A stretch of 64,000 nucleotides of DNA from Paecilomyces variotii (Eukaryota), in the NCBI GenBank assembly GCA_004022145.1, contig RCNU01000007.1. One strand, 5' to 3'. The notes under the pieces were generated by a model that saw nothing but the letters and a program-made list of their open reading frames with translations, was not told the origin of the DNA and searched no databases. Of the stretch, positions 53,296 to 64,000 are shown in pieces. The stretch's first letter is position 1. Each line of letters begins with the position of its first letter. A program made the position numbers and the translations under genes.

Positions 53296-54876
53296 TCAGA
53301 TCCTTCCAAACATCTCTCGAAGCTTGACATCATATGCTGCCTTATCCTCGAGTCTGGATCTAATGAACGCTGCAGGTTCACGTCCCCAATATCGAGAAAC
53401 AATGAGGTAGAAGTTCGTGTCTTTGGCATGCTTCTCTGAATAGGATGGCTGAATCCGGTCGTAGAAGATGGCGTGAAGAGCTGTTGGACTTCGCAAGGCT
53501 GTGCCGTACCAGAATGTTCCTAACCCCCAACCTTTTTCCATGATCCTTGTCCGTCGCAGGCTGTATTCAGGTAAGCAACTTCTCTCTTCTTCTTCTTCGA
53601 AAATAGACATGAAATCCTGTCGCATTCCATCGTACTCATCGATGTCAATCTCATCAACCGCTTGACTAGTAAGCCATATAGGAGGACGCATAAACTCGAT
53701 AGGAAGAGAAGCAGCCCATTCTAAATCTATAAGGCATTTGATACGCCAGTTCTCATCGACAAAGATATTACTCGCATGCAGATCAGTCAAACCAAAAACA
53801 AAAGGGCCATCATTAAGCTGAGAGTCAAAATAGTGGGGTCTCACAGTCCTCATTAAAGCCAGAGCTGTCATTTGGGAAACACAGTCACTACCAGTCTTCA
53901 CAGCATTTGGCTGAAAGCGAAGTCGGTTGTCATGACACATGAGAAGGTTGTTAACATATGAATCGACGGTGGAAAAAGTCCGATCCCGTGGCATGTCAAC
54001 GGAAATATTTTCGTTCTCCAGATCATGTAGCATAAGTGTTAGAGGCCTGTTCACAAGGAGGAGGTAACCGTTTTCATCAATGATGAAAGAACCTATCCTA
54101 GGCAACTTCACTCGACTCATGGTCAACATGACTTTAGAGATATCTCGGAAAAGGTTTTCTCGCAATATCTCCTGACTCTTCAGCTGCGCCCATGTTGTAG
54201 AGAGCATTTTTCCTTCTTTGATATAGTCAAGAATCATATACGGCCCTAGCTCATTTCCGACTTTGTCGTCATCTCGTATGAAGTTTGAAGGGGCTGGATA
54301 TCCCAGGAGAGATAACAACCAGCAATAGGATCGGTGTAGCAGGCGACGAAATAGTGGTGAGCGCTGAAGAGTTGTGAACTGTTTAGATGAAAGGTTGTTC
54401 TGTTAGTCAAAACTTCTCTAAGTGTAACTAGAGCTTCTCACCCCTTGGCCAGACTTTAAAGCAAAACCATGTAGACGCGGAATCGGTATATTAGGGCAGC
54501 ATTGATACATCCATGCGTATGTGCCAGCCTCACATGTGATTTTTTCATCGCTGTTTCCTGAGTAAAAACTGTCACCGACACGGTAGGGAAGAGGGAAGCG
54601 AATGATGACATGCCCAAAGTCTTCGACCTCCACAGGAACACAAAGGTTGAAGCTCCCATGCATCCAGCTATCAATATCAGCCGCGTGGCAACTGTTTGAT
54701 GAAACTTTTAGATGATGGGCGACCTTTTTTTCAATAAGACTGCGGCGAGCGCGGATGAATCCGAAGAAGTCATTGCGTCGTGAGCAGTATCCAAGCTGAT
54801 GAACAATATTCACCTCTTCGTCCTTGGCCTGGGAATAAGTGATTTTGCCATGCAAAAGATGTCGTTCAACTGACAT
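53296..54876 (-). CDS. Aminoglycoside-phosphotransferase (APH)/kinase-like fold protein
   Basis: WMHGSFNLCVPV, IIRFPLPY, EKITCEAGTY, PIPRLHG, TDLHASNIFVD and LIDLEW. One intron ~54380-54442 joins the two ORFs. Confidence 0.85.
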
Positions 54877-55463
54877 AGCCCGAGTTGAGTCTGTGTAACT
54901 AGGCGCTTGAGCATGTGTTCTAAGTTTCGTGGGAAAGTGCTAGACATCTATCAACTAATGCCCCTGTGTGTTTTAAGGGGTTACTAGACGTTATCTGTTA
55001 GACACTCCCTTCGGCTGCGCCCTGCTACTAGTCACGTGACTTAGGGATAGCATAGGCTAGCTAGTAAGTTAGGCCAATTTCTTATTCATTGGCAACGTTC
55101 TAGAGTGCATGGTGCTGCTGGCGTATTAATTTGAAATATATGCATGTCAGCAACATAAATAGGCGGGAGAAAATACTCGATGTACATACTGTAATTGGAA
55201 GAATGTCTTATCTCAAACAAGAGACTAGTCTACATCTGTTGTGCTTAGTTGCAGCACCATGTTATGGAGTGAAGTGCAACTGCTTTCAAATCACAACGCG
55301 CTTCTCGCTTCCAAGGAACTTGTGATTCTGTGGAGGTAAAATGGTTGGTATAAAGCCGAAACAGCATCATTTTAAGGCGCCCCCTCCCCCCCCTAGTTGT
55401 TTGGATTAAGAATGCGAAAAAAATAAAAAATAAAAAAGATATTGTATTATTGCCTAATGACCT

Positions 55464-56291
55464 TCAAGCGCAACACTGGTACCACTTCTTCCTCTTGAAA
55501 GGAATATCATGCAAAATTTCTCTGGCAGATTGGTAGTGACTATTCCAGCAACCAAGGATAATCCGCCTCCAGTTCTCATCTTGTACTTCATCTAGACTTG
55601 GGTAGACCTTTCTTTTGTAGAGATGCTGCACTTCCGTATCTGATTTGCCTTGGTATGGCGTCTGGTTCGTCATTATTTCGTAAAGAGTAGAGCCCAAGGC
55701 AAATATATCAGACTTCTTAGTGCTAGGAAGCATTTGTCCTCGAGGAAGATAATGCGATGGGTTCTCAATAACCAAAGCCTTGGAGCCATTCAGAGACGAT
55801 CCGCAGAAATCGGACAAATGGACATTCATCTTCTCATCTAGGAGAAACTGTCGAGCTGAAAGGTCGGAATGCACGACCCCTTCTTCATGAATGTAGTGTA
55901 CCGCTTCAACCACCTGCTCGGCGGCCCTACATCGAAATTCGTTGGAAACGCGATGCATTGATAGATAGATTTCAAGGTCTCCGTTTCGCTCGAACTTAAG
56001 GTCGACATGGTCATCGGCAGCCTCGAGGCATCGGGCGATGTGCTTGTGTCTGCCTAGATGCTGATAAATCCACGCCTCCGTCTGGATCGCCCTCACACTG
56101 CTGGAGGAAGAGCGGTCGCACGGAACCTTTCGGACCACGTTATCTGTTAGACGATGTACATTTGCTAGATGACCGGACGAGATCAGGTTTTCTTTCGATG
56201 GTTGTGGTAGGTTGCGGCGCCCTTTGCGCTGGACTTTGTTATTTCGACGCCATTAAAAGTGGGACAGTTCAGTGCTTACAGAGGTAAACAT
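55464..56291 (-). CDS. Atypical protein kinase-like protein
   Basis: ATG at 56291 (MFTS) plus an inferred 51-nt GTAAGC..CAG intron removes an in-frame stop. Motifs VVRK, VHSDLSARQFLL, LSDFCGS and SDIFALGSTLYEI. Confidence 0.8.
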
Positions 56292-56949
56292 GTGATTATG
56301 GAAGACAGAGGGAATAGAGTATCCAGGCCTGGATCAAATATTCGTTCAGGTAGTCGTACAGCGTCTTGCATGCTTGGACGTGTTGTCACGGTTCTTGTGA
56401 TGGCCATCACGGAAAAGCATATCGAGAAAATTTCACGAGACCTCAGAAAATCCTCGTAACTTCGTCAGGCAAAGGTATGATGACGGAGGCAATTGACCTC
56501 ACGTTCGGATGTTTACTCCAACAGACAGATAACTTTAAACGCAACATTTCCGCATATCTGATACGCGGTAGCCATTCCCGGGCCCACTTCAGATCGTGGT
56601 CTCCATGACATCTATAAAAGAAATGCGCGCAGAGATGTTGATGAGAAATCCTCATAAGCTCTATCTGCAATTGCTTGGCAGCCGACCTTGGAAACAGCCA
56701 GTTGAGGTTCCTGATAGATTCGGTCTAGAACAACCAAATTAACCTTTGATGACAAAGTGACATGTTGCCGCGCAATATCGGTACAAGTAGATTTATCTAT
56801 TTAGTCGGAGTAACGTCAGGAGTCGATGCCAGAGATGAGATGCCATACATGTTCTTTTCAGTTAGAGATGTGGGTTTGTCAGTATTCGTATCTTACACGG
56901 ACAAGACTGAACCATCGCGGGGATCTCATCATTACTTTAAATATATATA

Positions 56950-57168
56950 CTGTCGAATATCGAATGGCACGGAATCAAGGTCTGACTTGAACACCTTAAA
57001 TTGCTTGCTTGCTTCTAGGTCTAGGGGGAATTTGATCCCATATTTATCTTTAGCCTATAAAGGATCTATAATCAAGTAATCTAATAGATTCTATCATATA
57101 ATCAGGATCAAAAGAACCTGCCGCAAACGGATGATTGACAGATCACTTGGCGTTCACTTTGTGCGCTG
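56950..57168 (+). repeat. Diverged direct repeat, copy A
   Basis: Shares the ordered blocks ctgtcgaatat, ggcacggaa, tgaacacctt, ttgcttgcttgcttctag.tctaggggga, agtaatcta and cggatgattgacagatcac.tggcgtt with 62285-62529. Confidence 0.8.
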
Positions 57169-57490
57169 AGATATACCCTGTACTAGGAAAGTAAATCTTT
57201 TCTTATGTAGGTGTCTGTCTTCTGACAGTGCCAAGAATATCACTTAGTACAAGAATAGAAAAGGTCTAAATACTTCGAAACTAATCTAGGAATACAATGG
57301 AGCAGAGGCCCTGTAAAGAATGTTGTAAATGTCGAAAATACCCCTCGCGCAGGCCAACCAAGAGTTCTCTCACCTTGACATTACCACCCATATCCACATT
57401 ATTATAGAACCTCATCAATCAAAACCAGAAACACGCGATTAGCCCGAGCTACAATCTGTTATATTTACCCGTACAAGAATCCTCTTCTAC

Positions 57491-59741
57491 CTAGTCAAAA
57501 TAATGATTTACCAGAGGATCGTACGTTTCGTTCCCGTAGGCATTTCCTCCGTAGGTGAGATACCCACTCACGAGATCGGGAGTCGTCCCGCGCGTGATTT
57601 CCGTCGCGTTGCCCATGACCCAGACGGACTGCATACCATTGATCATATGCTCCAGTATATGGCAGTGGATCATCCATACTCTGCGGAACAGAAGGTAAAA
57701 TGTCAGTATTGGGTGTCCATTAATAATTTCAGAACTTTATACATGAAGTGCTGTGCTTACCCAGGATCGTTGACTCTGAGACGCCATGCTCTCCAACCTT
57801 GACTAACATATTTCTGAGGCCCGTAGATATTATCGGCAGTCGTATATTTATAAAGCCAAGTTGTGTCACGCAGGACAGGGTTATATCCCTTCACCCGCTC
57901 TTCATTCGCCGTGGCATTGTAAGTACCCGGACCACTACCCAGATCGTACGCGTGACCACCGTGGATATGCCATGGATGAGGGTCGATATCGCCAGTAGAG
58001 GGGTTCGGTTTGAGGACCAGGATGATATCGATGATCTCGCCAACCTCTGCTGGGTATACATTTAGACGAGGATCCCAGCCGCCGAAACGTTGGACCGCGG
58101 TCTCGTAGTCTGGAATGGCCTTTTGCCCTTTTCTGTAAATATTAACCAGATAAGGGACGCCAACGGATGGACTCGTGTCATTCACTGGCGTTCCACCCAG
58201 ATGCTCATCGTGCTCGGTCCAGGTGTGGTTGTTTATAGTCTGAAACTGGCCACTTCGTGCCACTAAAGACTCCGAGACTAGGATAACCTGCCTAGTGACT
58301 TGATCTGCCGTCGGGAAGTCATTGGGCTGTAGAGGCTCAAGCGTATATTCGAGCCAGCTCTGGACGTCATTACTGAGAGTCAGAGGAGTTTGTGCCGGAG
58401 GAGAGGATGGTATTGTGTGGTTCAATGTGAGATTGGTCTTATAAGAGAGCACGGCGTAAGAAGTGGTGTTTATGGGGCGGAAGCGTGTCTCAAATTGTAC
58501 CCAGAACATAGACTTCCCAAGACGTTGAAGCTCACTTTCAGACTTTGTACGCAGGAGGAAGTCAAATCGCTGTCCGCTTCCGACTTGTATATGGTCTGTA
58601 TCGACTGGCTTTGTATAACGCGCATCTGCAGCAATAACTGAGAGATTTTGATGATCCTCAAATGCAAAGGATACTAGGCTCTGAGCCATTGCACCGACTG
58701 ACCGGATGCGGTATATCTTGTCAGGCTCGACCTCTATGACCTCAGGACCGCAGATTGATTGGATTGAGAGATCTGGCGTGCTCCAGGGCTTCTTTGTCTG
58801 ACTCTGATTGGCATCCAAGCTGAGGTAGCTGTTCCCGTTAACTAATATTGTTTCGGCATCGCCTGATCTGATTAAGAAGCAGAAAGATTAGCATCTGGAA
58901 TTTAACTGTAGTCGATTTATAGCTGAAATGTCGGATTGTACTCACGAGATGTATTGTGCCGCTGGCTTAGTCAAACCGTCCAAGATCATCTTATCGGTTT
59001 TGTTAAAGAACTCTGTAAGGAATAGCGTCTTTTCCCCGTCGTAGGCGTAGGGTGGTTCTTGGGATTGCTCCTCGACAATGAGCGGCCCAGCCACTGACAC
59101 TGCTTGGAAGTCGACGTGGGAATGATAGAAATACGTTCCAGCTTCTCCTATCTGAGGCCTAATTTCATAGTCGAAGAAGTGCCCGGCCTATTCGATGATA
59201 ATCAGTATCCCCTTCCTTCTGTCGAGTTCATCTACTTCAGTATTCAAAGGTGACTTACCTTGATTGGCCACTGACTCGCCTGCGGAGTCCCATCTGAAAA
59301 GGGAGAAACTGACTGAGCCAGACCGTGCCAATGCTGAATGAAATAAAATCAACTAATGTCTTCTTGTATACCAGGCACAGGCCAACTATACCATCGTCAG
59401 ATTTGATGATTCGAAATCATTATACACTCTGACCCATGTTGTGCGGTTCTCTTGCATGTATATCGCCGGCCCTGGCGTTGTACCTTTTCAGCGCCGAGAA
59501 GAGCTCATCAGTATTTCACGTCACCAATATCGCATAAAGAGGAATAGAATATCAATGTACCGTTTACGACTGCTGTGAGTCTGGTTCTGCAAGCGATTGG
59601 GGCCTCCTTCGAGCTAACTCGCAGTATGAAATCTGGCTGGAAACTCTCATCGTGGACCACTTGCCGTAGGGAATGGACCCCCGACAGAGTCGCCAGGATA
59701 TAAAACAACACAAGATGGATAAGAGAAAGCATCCTGGACAT
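57491..59741 (-). CDS. Multicopper oxidase, fungal ascorbate-oxidase-like
   Basis: Signal peptide; HWHGLAQ, TYFYHSHV, HPWHIHGGH, GWRAWRLRV and WMIHCHILEHMINGM (axial Met). About five introns. Confidence 0.9.
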
Positions 59742-60939
59742 AAGTGCTTGGGACGTGAGGCAAGCCCAAAAGCTGGGTCAAATCTCCTGCGTAATTATGT
59801 AGACTTTTTGATACGTTGTATAATTACCCAGAGAGATGTGGCTGGCAACTAGCCAAATACTTCTTGGATTTGTCTCAAATGACTCTTCTATAATTCATCA
59901 ACGAAACGACAGGAGGTAGAATATCTTCATTAATACCGCCGAGGGATCAGGTTTTCGTCGGAAGCAGAGCAAGAGCATGTCCTTTTTATGTTTCCACTAC
60001 GATATTGCCCTTTCATTTTTATTAGACGGATCCAATGCTCGTAAGATGGCATGACTCTCCCGGAAGTGAATCGTGGGAGATCTCATGAGCCCAGGTGTCC
60101 TAGTTTATCGAGCACTGAGGCCCACTCTCTGCAAAACACTGTGTGCTAATACCAAATACGGTATGTCGAGGGGACAGATGTAGTATAGACGACGGCATTA
60201 TGGCTCATAGCCGACCCTAAGTGGGCCTTGACGATAACTTTAAACGGAGATCGTCAAAATCCCTATTTTCTGATAAGCTGCTTGTCCATCGCGTATGAGG
60301 CTATGTTATGTAGGTACTGGTTCAGGAAGCCATAACAAGTGCCGGGTCCCGACAGGCTGAAGTTACCGAGTGCTTGGATTCCCTTACAAGCTCAGGCTGC
60401 TTATCTCTACCTATGGGTGGAGCTCGGTAAGGCAACGCTTTGCGTGGGGATGATATTGTTAGCATTCCCAGAATTGTCGGACCTTTAGGGTCCATTATGT
60501 GGCGTCCGCGGTGGGGACGATCCTCTGCCGACTATCCGTCTAGTAGTATGATATCACTTTTTGAAACATTATTTACCATAACCTTGCCTTCTGAAGTACC
60601 TGGAATAATAAGCGTCTTGCGATTGGGAGCGGTGAAAAGCTTGCTTATCCGGATCTAGCTACTCGGCCGAGAATCATGTACCGTAGCTTTACGGAAGCAA
60701 CTAGTTTATGATGCATAGGACGAACCTTCTAGAGGTATTAAGCTATCCAACAAAAGACTGCTGTATTTACCAAGAATAGTAAATGAACGGATCTGAAAAA
60801 CGTCATCAGAGGGTCTCATTATCTCGATAAATTGGAAGTGGCACTGATAAACCTAGCATAACTTTCAAAGGTTGGAACATTGACTAACGGTGTGATATTG
60901 ACAAGTCGGCAAGACACACGAAGATCTGGCACGAGAAAT

Positions 60940-61787
60940 GTCCAGTCAGATTGCATCCATATCCAACAAATCTATATTTTCTCGCCCCGTATTGGATTCC
61001 CGAATACAAGTAACTGGGCATCTTATAATAGACGTATATCTATCATCAGAACAGCCCCATCCAACATGCAACAACCATTCAAACACTGGCTCTTCTACAC
61101 AATGTCATTCAAGGCAGATGTAACTGGAAAGCCGACCAAAGTTCCCAGCGCCGCCGCAGCTGATGATATACCAATCCTTGTATGTACCAACGAGGTCATT
61201 TTCTAGAGAAAGACAAGGCACAATAGTCAGATATAGAACTGCCAGTGGCCCCATGAACGAAGCAATAAGCACCACCCAGATGATGGTGGCAGCCACTTAT
61301 TTGACACCAATCAGTTTGAGAGTGACACCGCCAGGTACCGACCAGGAATGGTTGATGCATTATAGATCACTAGGACATAGAAGGCAGCAAGGCTAGATAG
61401 ATTTGAGCTTGCGCCGGCTTTGAACTGGGCAAAGGTGGGGAGTAGAAAGAAAGGGACCCAGTAGGCGATCCACATGAGGCATAGATAGAGCCACGCTTGG
61501 GTCGCGGAATGCCTTCTGGATCCCACCGGAGCGGACATTATGGGAGCCTTGCTCTTGGTGTTGGGTAACTTACTGCCATCGCTATAATTAATTCACCCAG
61601 CGTCACGAAGCCGAGAACTCGAGTTGCCCACGGGAAGCCGAGCTTGGGCCGAAGACTCGAGAATATGATGGGGTAGATTATCCCTCCTACATGCGTGCTT
61701 AGTGAGGATATCGGCGGGAAGAACGGGTGGAAGAAATAGAGGACAAACCAACTGCGGTGCCGGATGGTAAAAGTAAAGTTTTCCATT
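60940..61787 (-). pseudogene. MFS monocarboxylate-transporter-like pseudogene (C-terminal part)
   Basis: Fragments GGIIYPIIF..LGFPWATRVLGFV, AYWVPFFLLP, NASTIPGR and RIGISSAAAALGTLVGFP, broken by stops and frameshifts. The N-terminus is missing. Confidence 0.7.
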
Positions 61788-62284
61788 TTAACTCTACTCC
61801 AACTTCAAGATCTAACTACATTTACTTATGGGTTTTAGAGGCTTAGCACGATATTTACTCATACATATTTAAGTAGTCAGGTCATTTAACCAACTCAAAA
61901 AGCTTACTAAGTAATGGTCTTGGCATCACGTGCAAAGGAGGTCAAAAACGAGCAATAATTCATTTATTTATTCCATCGTCGGGCACTTATTGCATTAAAT
62001 GACCCTATCAATCCCAGAATGTGAGATTCTCTGAGGCTATGCGGGCCTATTTCGATCTTTTGAACCGGAATTCCTGTATTTGGCCACAAATGTCGGGTGA
62101 TTCTAATGCACCGCGTCTGAGATGTAAAGTGCGGTTACGCGCTTTAAATCTGCTATCTGCTCAGGTGGGTGCAGCTATTACTTAGTAAGAAGAGCTATGA
62201 TTGACTATAAATGAATCATAGTATACAAGTGTACACTCTGACATTCGTCCAGTCCTTCAAGTTCCTGTTTCCGCAAGCGAGCTT

Positions 62285-62529
62285 CTGTCGAATATTGGAT
62301 GGCGGCACGGAAGCATGGGCAGACCTGAACACCTTGAATTGGTAGCTTGCTGCTTGCTTGCTTGCTTCTAGTTCTAGGGGGAGGGGTGGGGTTAAACCCA
62401 TGTTTACTTCTGGCATACAAAGAATCTAGATCCTAGTAATCTAGTAATCTAGTAGGCTCCATCCTATACAAACGGTTGCTTACAAGCGGATGATTGACAG
62501 ATCACCTGGCGTTTGCTTTGTACGCCGAC
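62285..62529 (+). repeat. Diverged direct repeat, copy B
   Basis: Colinear match to 56950-57168 with short indels. Confidence 0.8.
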
Positions 62530-63112
62530 AGCTTTCCTCCAGCAAGCGACTGGGATGTGCTGGATTCATCTAGCTCTGCGGGATGAAAGGAAGTTGCTGC
62601 GCAGCATCGTCTATGCCTGTTGATTACAACAAGCCTACTTGGTATCTGTCTTGTAATCTGTGCCTACGGCGTTTGCGGCGCAAGTGCCAAGTAAGATTAA
62701 CTGCCTCACCTGCCACTACCAGCATTGCTACCGCGGCTGCAATGCAGCATCAAGGCAACCTTGAAAGGCTTATAAGGCTCTGGTTGGCGGTACGCTTCTT
62801 ATCACTGTACCCTCCAATTCACTCAATCAGATGACGTGGGTCTGTGAAGACCCTGGGGTTGGTTGGAGAGGAGGTTTGAGTGAATGCTAGGGTGAATGAT
62901 TGAGCTACGCTGCTGCAGACATTGCCTTCTTTCAGGTTTCAGCAGTGTCTATATCTTCAACCTTAGCACTTCGCCTCTTGACATTCATCTTGACTTCCTT
63001 CAACCCAGAGATCCTCACCGACGCATTGCCAGCTTAAGCAATGCTGTTTCTCTTGCTTCACTTCGAACATCCTCATTTCACGCATCGCTAGTCCAAGTAT
63101 CACCATTGCAAT

Positions 63113-64000
63113 ATGTCTGCTACGCCTACGGCTCCAGCCCTATCCCTGGAGGCGAGGTTGTATTTGTTCCACCATGTTTTCCTCCCTCCAAAGCTCCCTC
63201 AGAGTGATGACTACGACGCCAGCTGCGAGCTCATCCTTCTTGACTCTGTGATAAATTCCCTACAAAAGTTCAGGGCCCTCGTGCCCAACCAGCATCGCCA
63301 GGTGCTGGGCCCAGTCATCACAATGGTCGCTCGCCTGAGAGAAATTCGCGGATCCCATGGTGACGTGAGCGAAGGAAAACTCAAGGAGGCTTTGCAAAAG
63401 CTAGATACTGAAGGTAAAATTTCGGATCCGTGCTATAATTTTCAGGTGAATAACCAGTTTTAGGAGGCGTATTGCCCGTTCATGTTCGCTGTCAGAACGC
63501 CGCTGTCCTAATGACGAGGAACGACAACGCAATACATGTGGAGGCATTCGAGCTGTCTCCTCAAAACGAAGCTGTCAATTCGACAGTGGGTCGCCTCCAG
63601 CGTCAGTTTCCTGGGCCGTCTTTTATGTTGGACCGGGCCACATTCAATGCTCCGGGTCTGCAGAATACCATCGCACAGACACTCGCAACAATGAGCCATC
63701 AGTCCGTCGCTGGAACCAAGCCGAAGGTGAAGAAAGCTCGCCAAAAACACGATGAAGATAGGGATACAACCGATCCGAAGATGGTGACAGAATTCTTAGC
63801 GGCCTTCTTGCGTCCCTGCGCCGCCATGTTCGACGGTCTGCAAATCCATAAGAATACCCGTGAAGAGGTGCTGTGGCTCGATAGCCGATTTCCCTGGCGA
63901 CGATCCCCTTTGTGGCTCCTTGTCCGTGTGGCCCTTCAGGTGATTCTTCGAAGGCTCTGTCGTCGCGATGGGATATCTGATGATATTTACAAGCACTACA
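63113..64000 (+). CDS. N-terminus of a large DUF6606-type protein (DUF3638/DUF3645-associated family); truncated by the window edge
   Basis: YLFHHVFLPPKLPQSDD, HVRCQNAAVL, EAFELSP, RQFPG, EDRDTTDPKMVTE, IHKNTREEVLW and PWRRSPLWLLVRV. Intron ~63414-63463; open to the end of the window. Confidence 0.8.

Noticed and set aside
56252..56254. Apparent premature stop in the kinase-like gene
   Set aside because: It lies inside a plausible 51-nt GT-AG intron, so the gene need not be a pseudogene.

Overview
Eukaryotic DNA from a filamentous ascomycete: GT-AG introns with CTRAC branch points, intron-containing tRNAs and Eurotiales-like proteins; the species cannot be fixed from the sequence alone. The window has two parts. 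(1) About 1-43.6 kb is mostly ordinary core genome: a DUF3429-like mitochondrial membrane protein, glycerol kinase, a 52-aa Cys-rich spliced microprotein missed by the ORF track, a Ser/Thr kinase-like gene, the YME1 i-AAA protease, an OB-fold-like protein, GDP-mannose pyrophosphorylase, tRNA-Ile, a beta-hydroxyacid dehydrogenase, a GPI-type GH13 enzyme, a divergent CYP51, three tRNA-Thr(AGU) genes, aspartate aminotransferase with a PTS2-like extension, a methyltransferase pseudogene and an NmrA-like reductase. (2) About 44-64 kb looks like an accessory island: a dynamin-like GTPase with degenerate motifs, an AT-rich RIP-like tract with LTR-like relics, a laccase, an APH-like phosphotransferase, an atypical kinase, an ascorbate-oxidase-like multicopper oxidase and an MFS pseudogene (the last two bracketed by a diverged ~230 bp direct repeat), and the start of a large DUF6606-type gene. 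No transposase or tyrosine recombinase is visible, so mobility of the island is inference only. All gene models were spliced by eye; no database searches were run.
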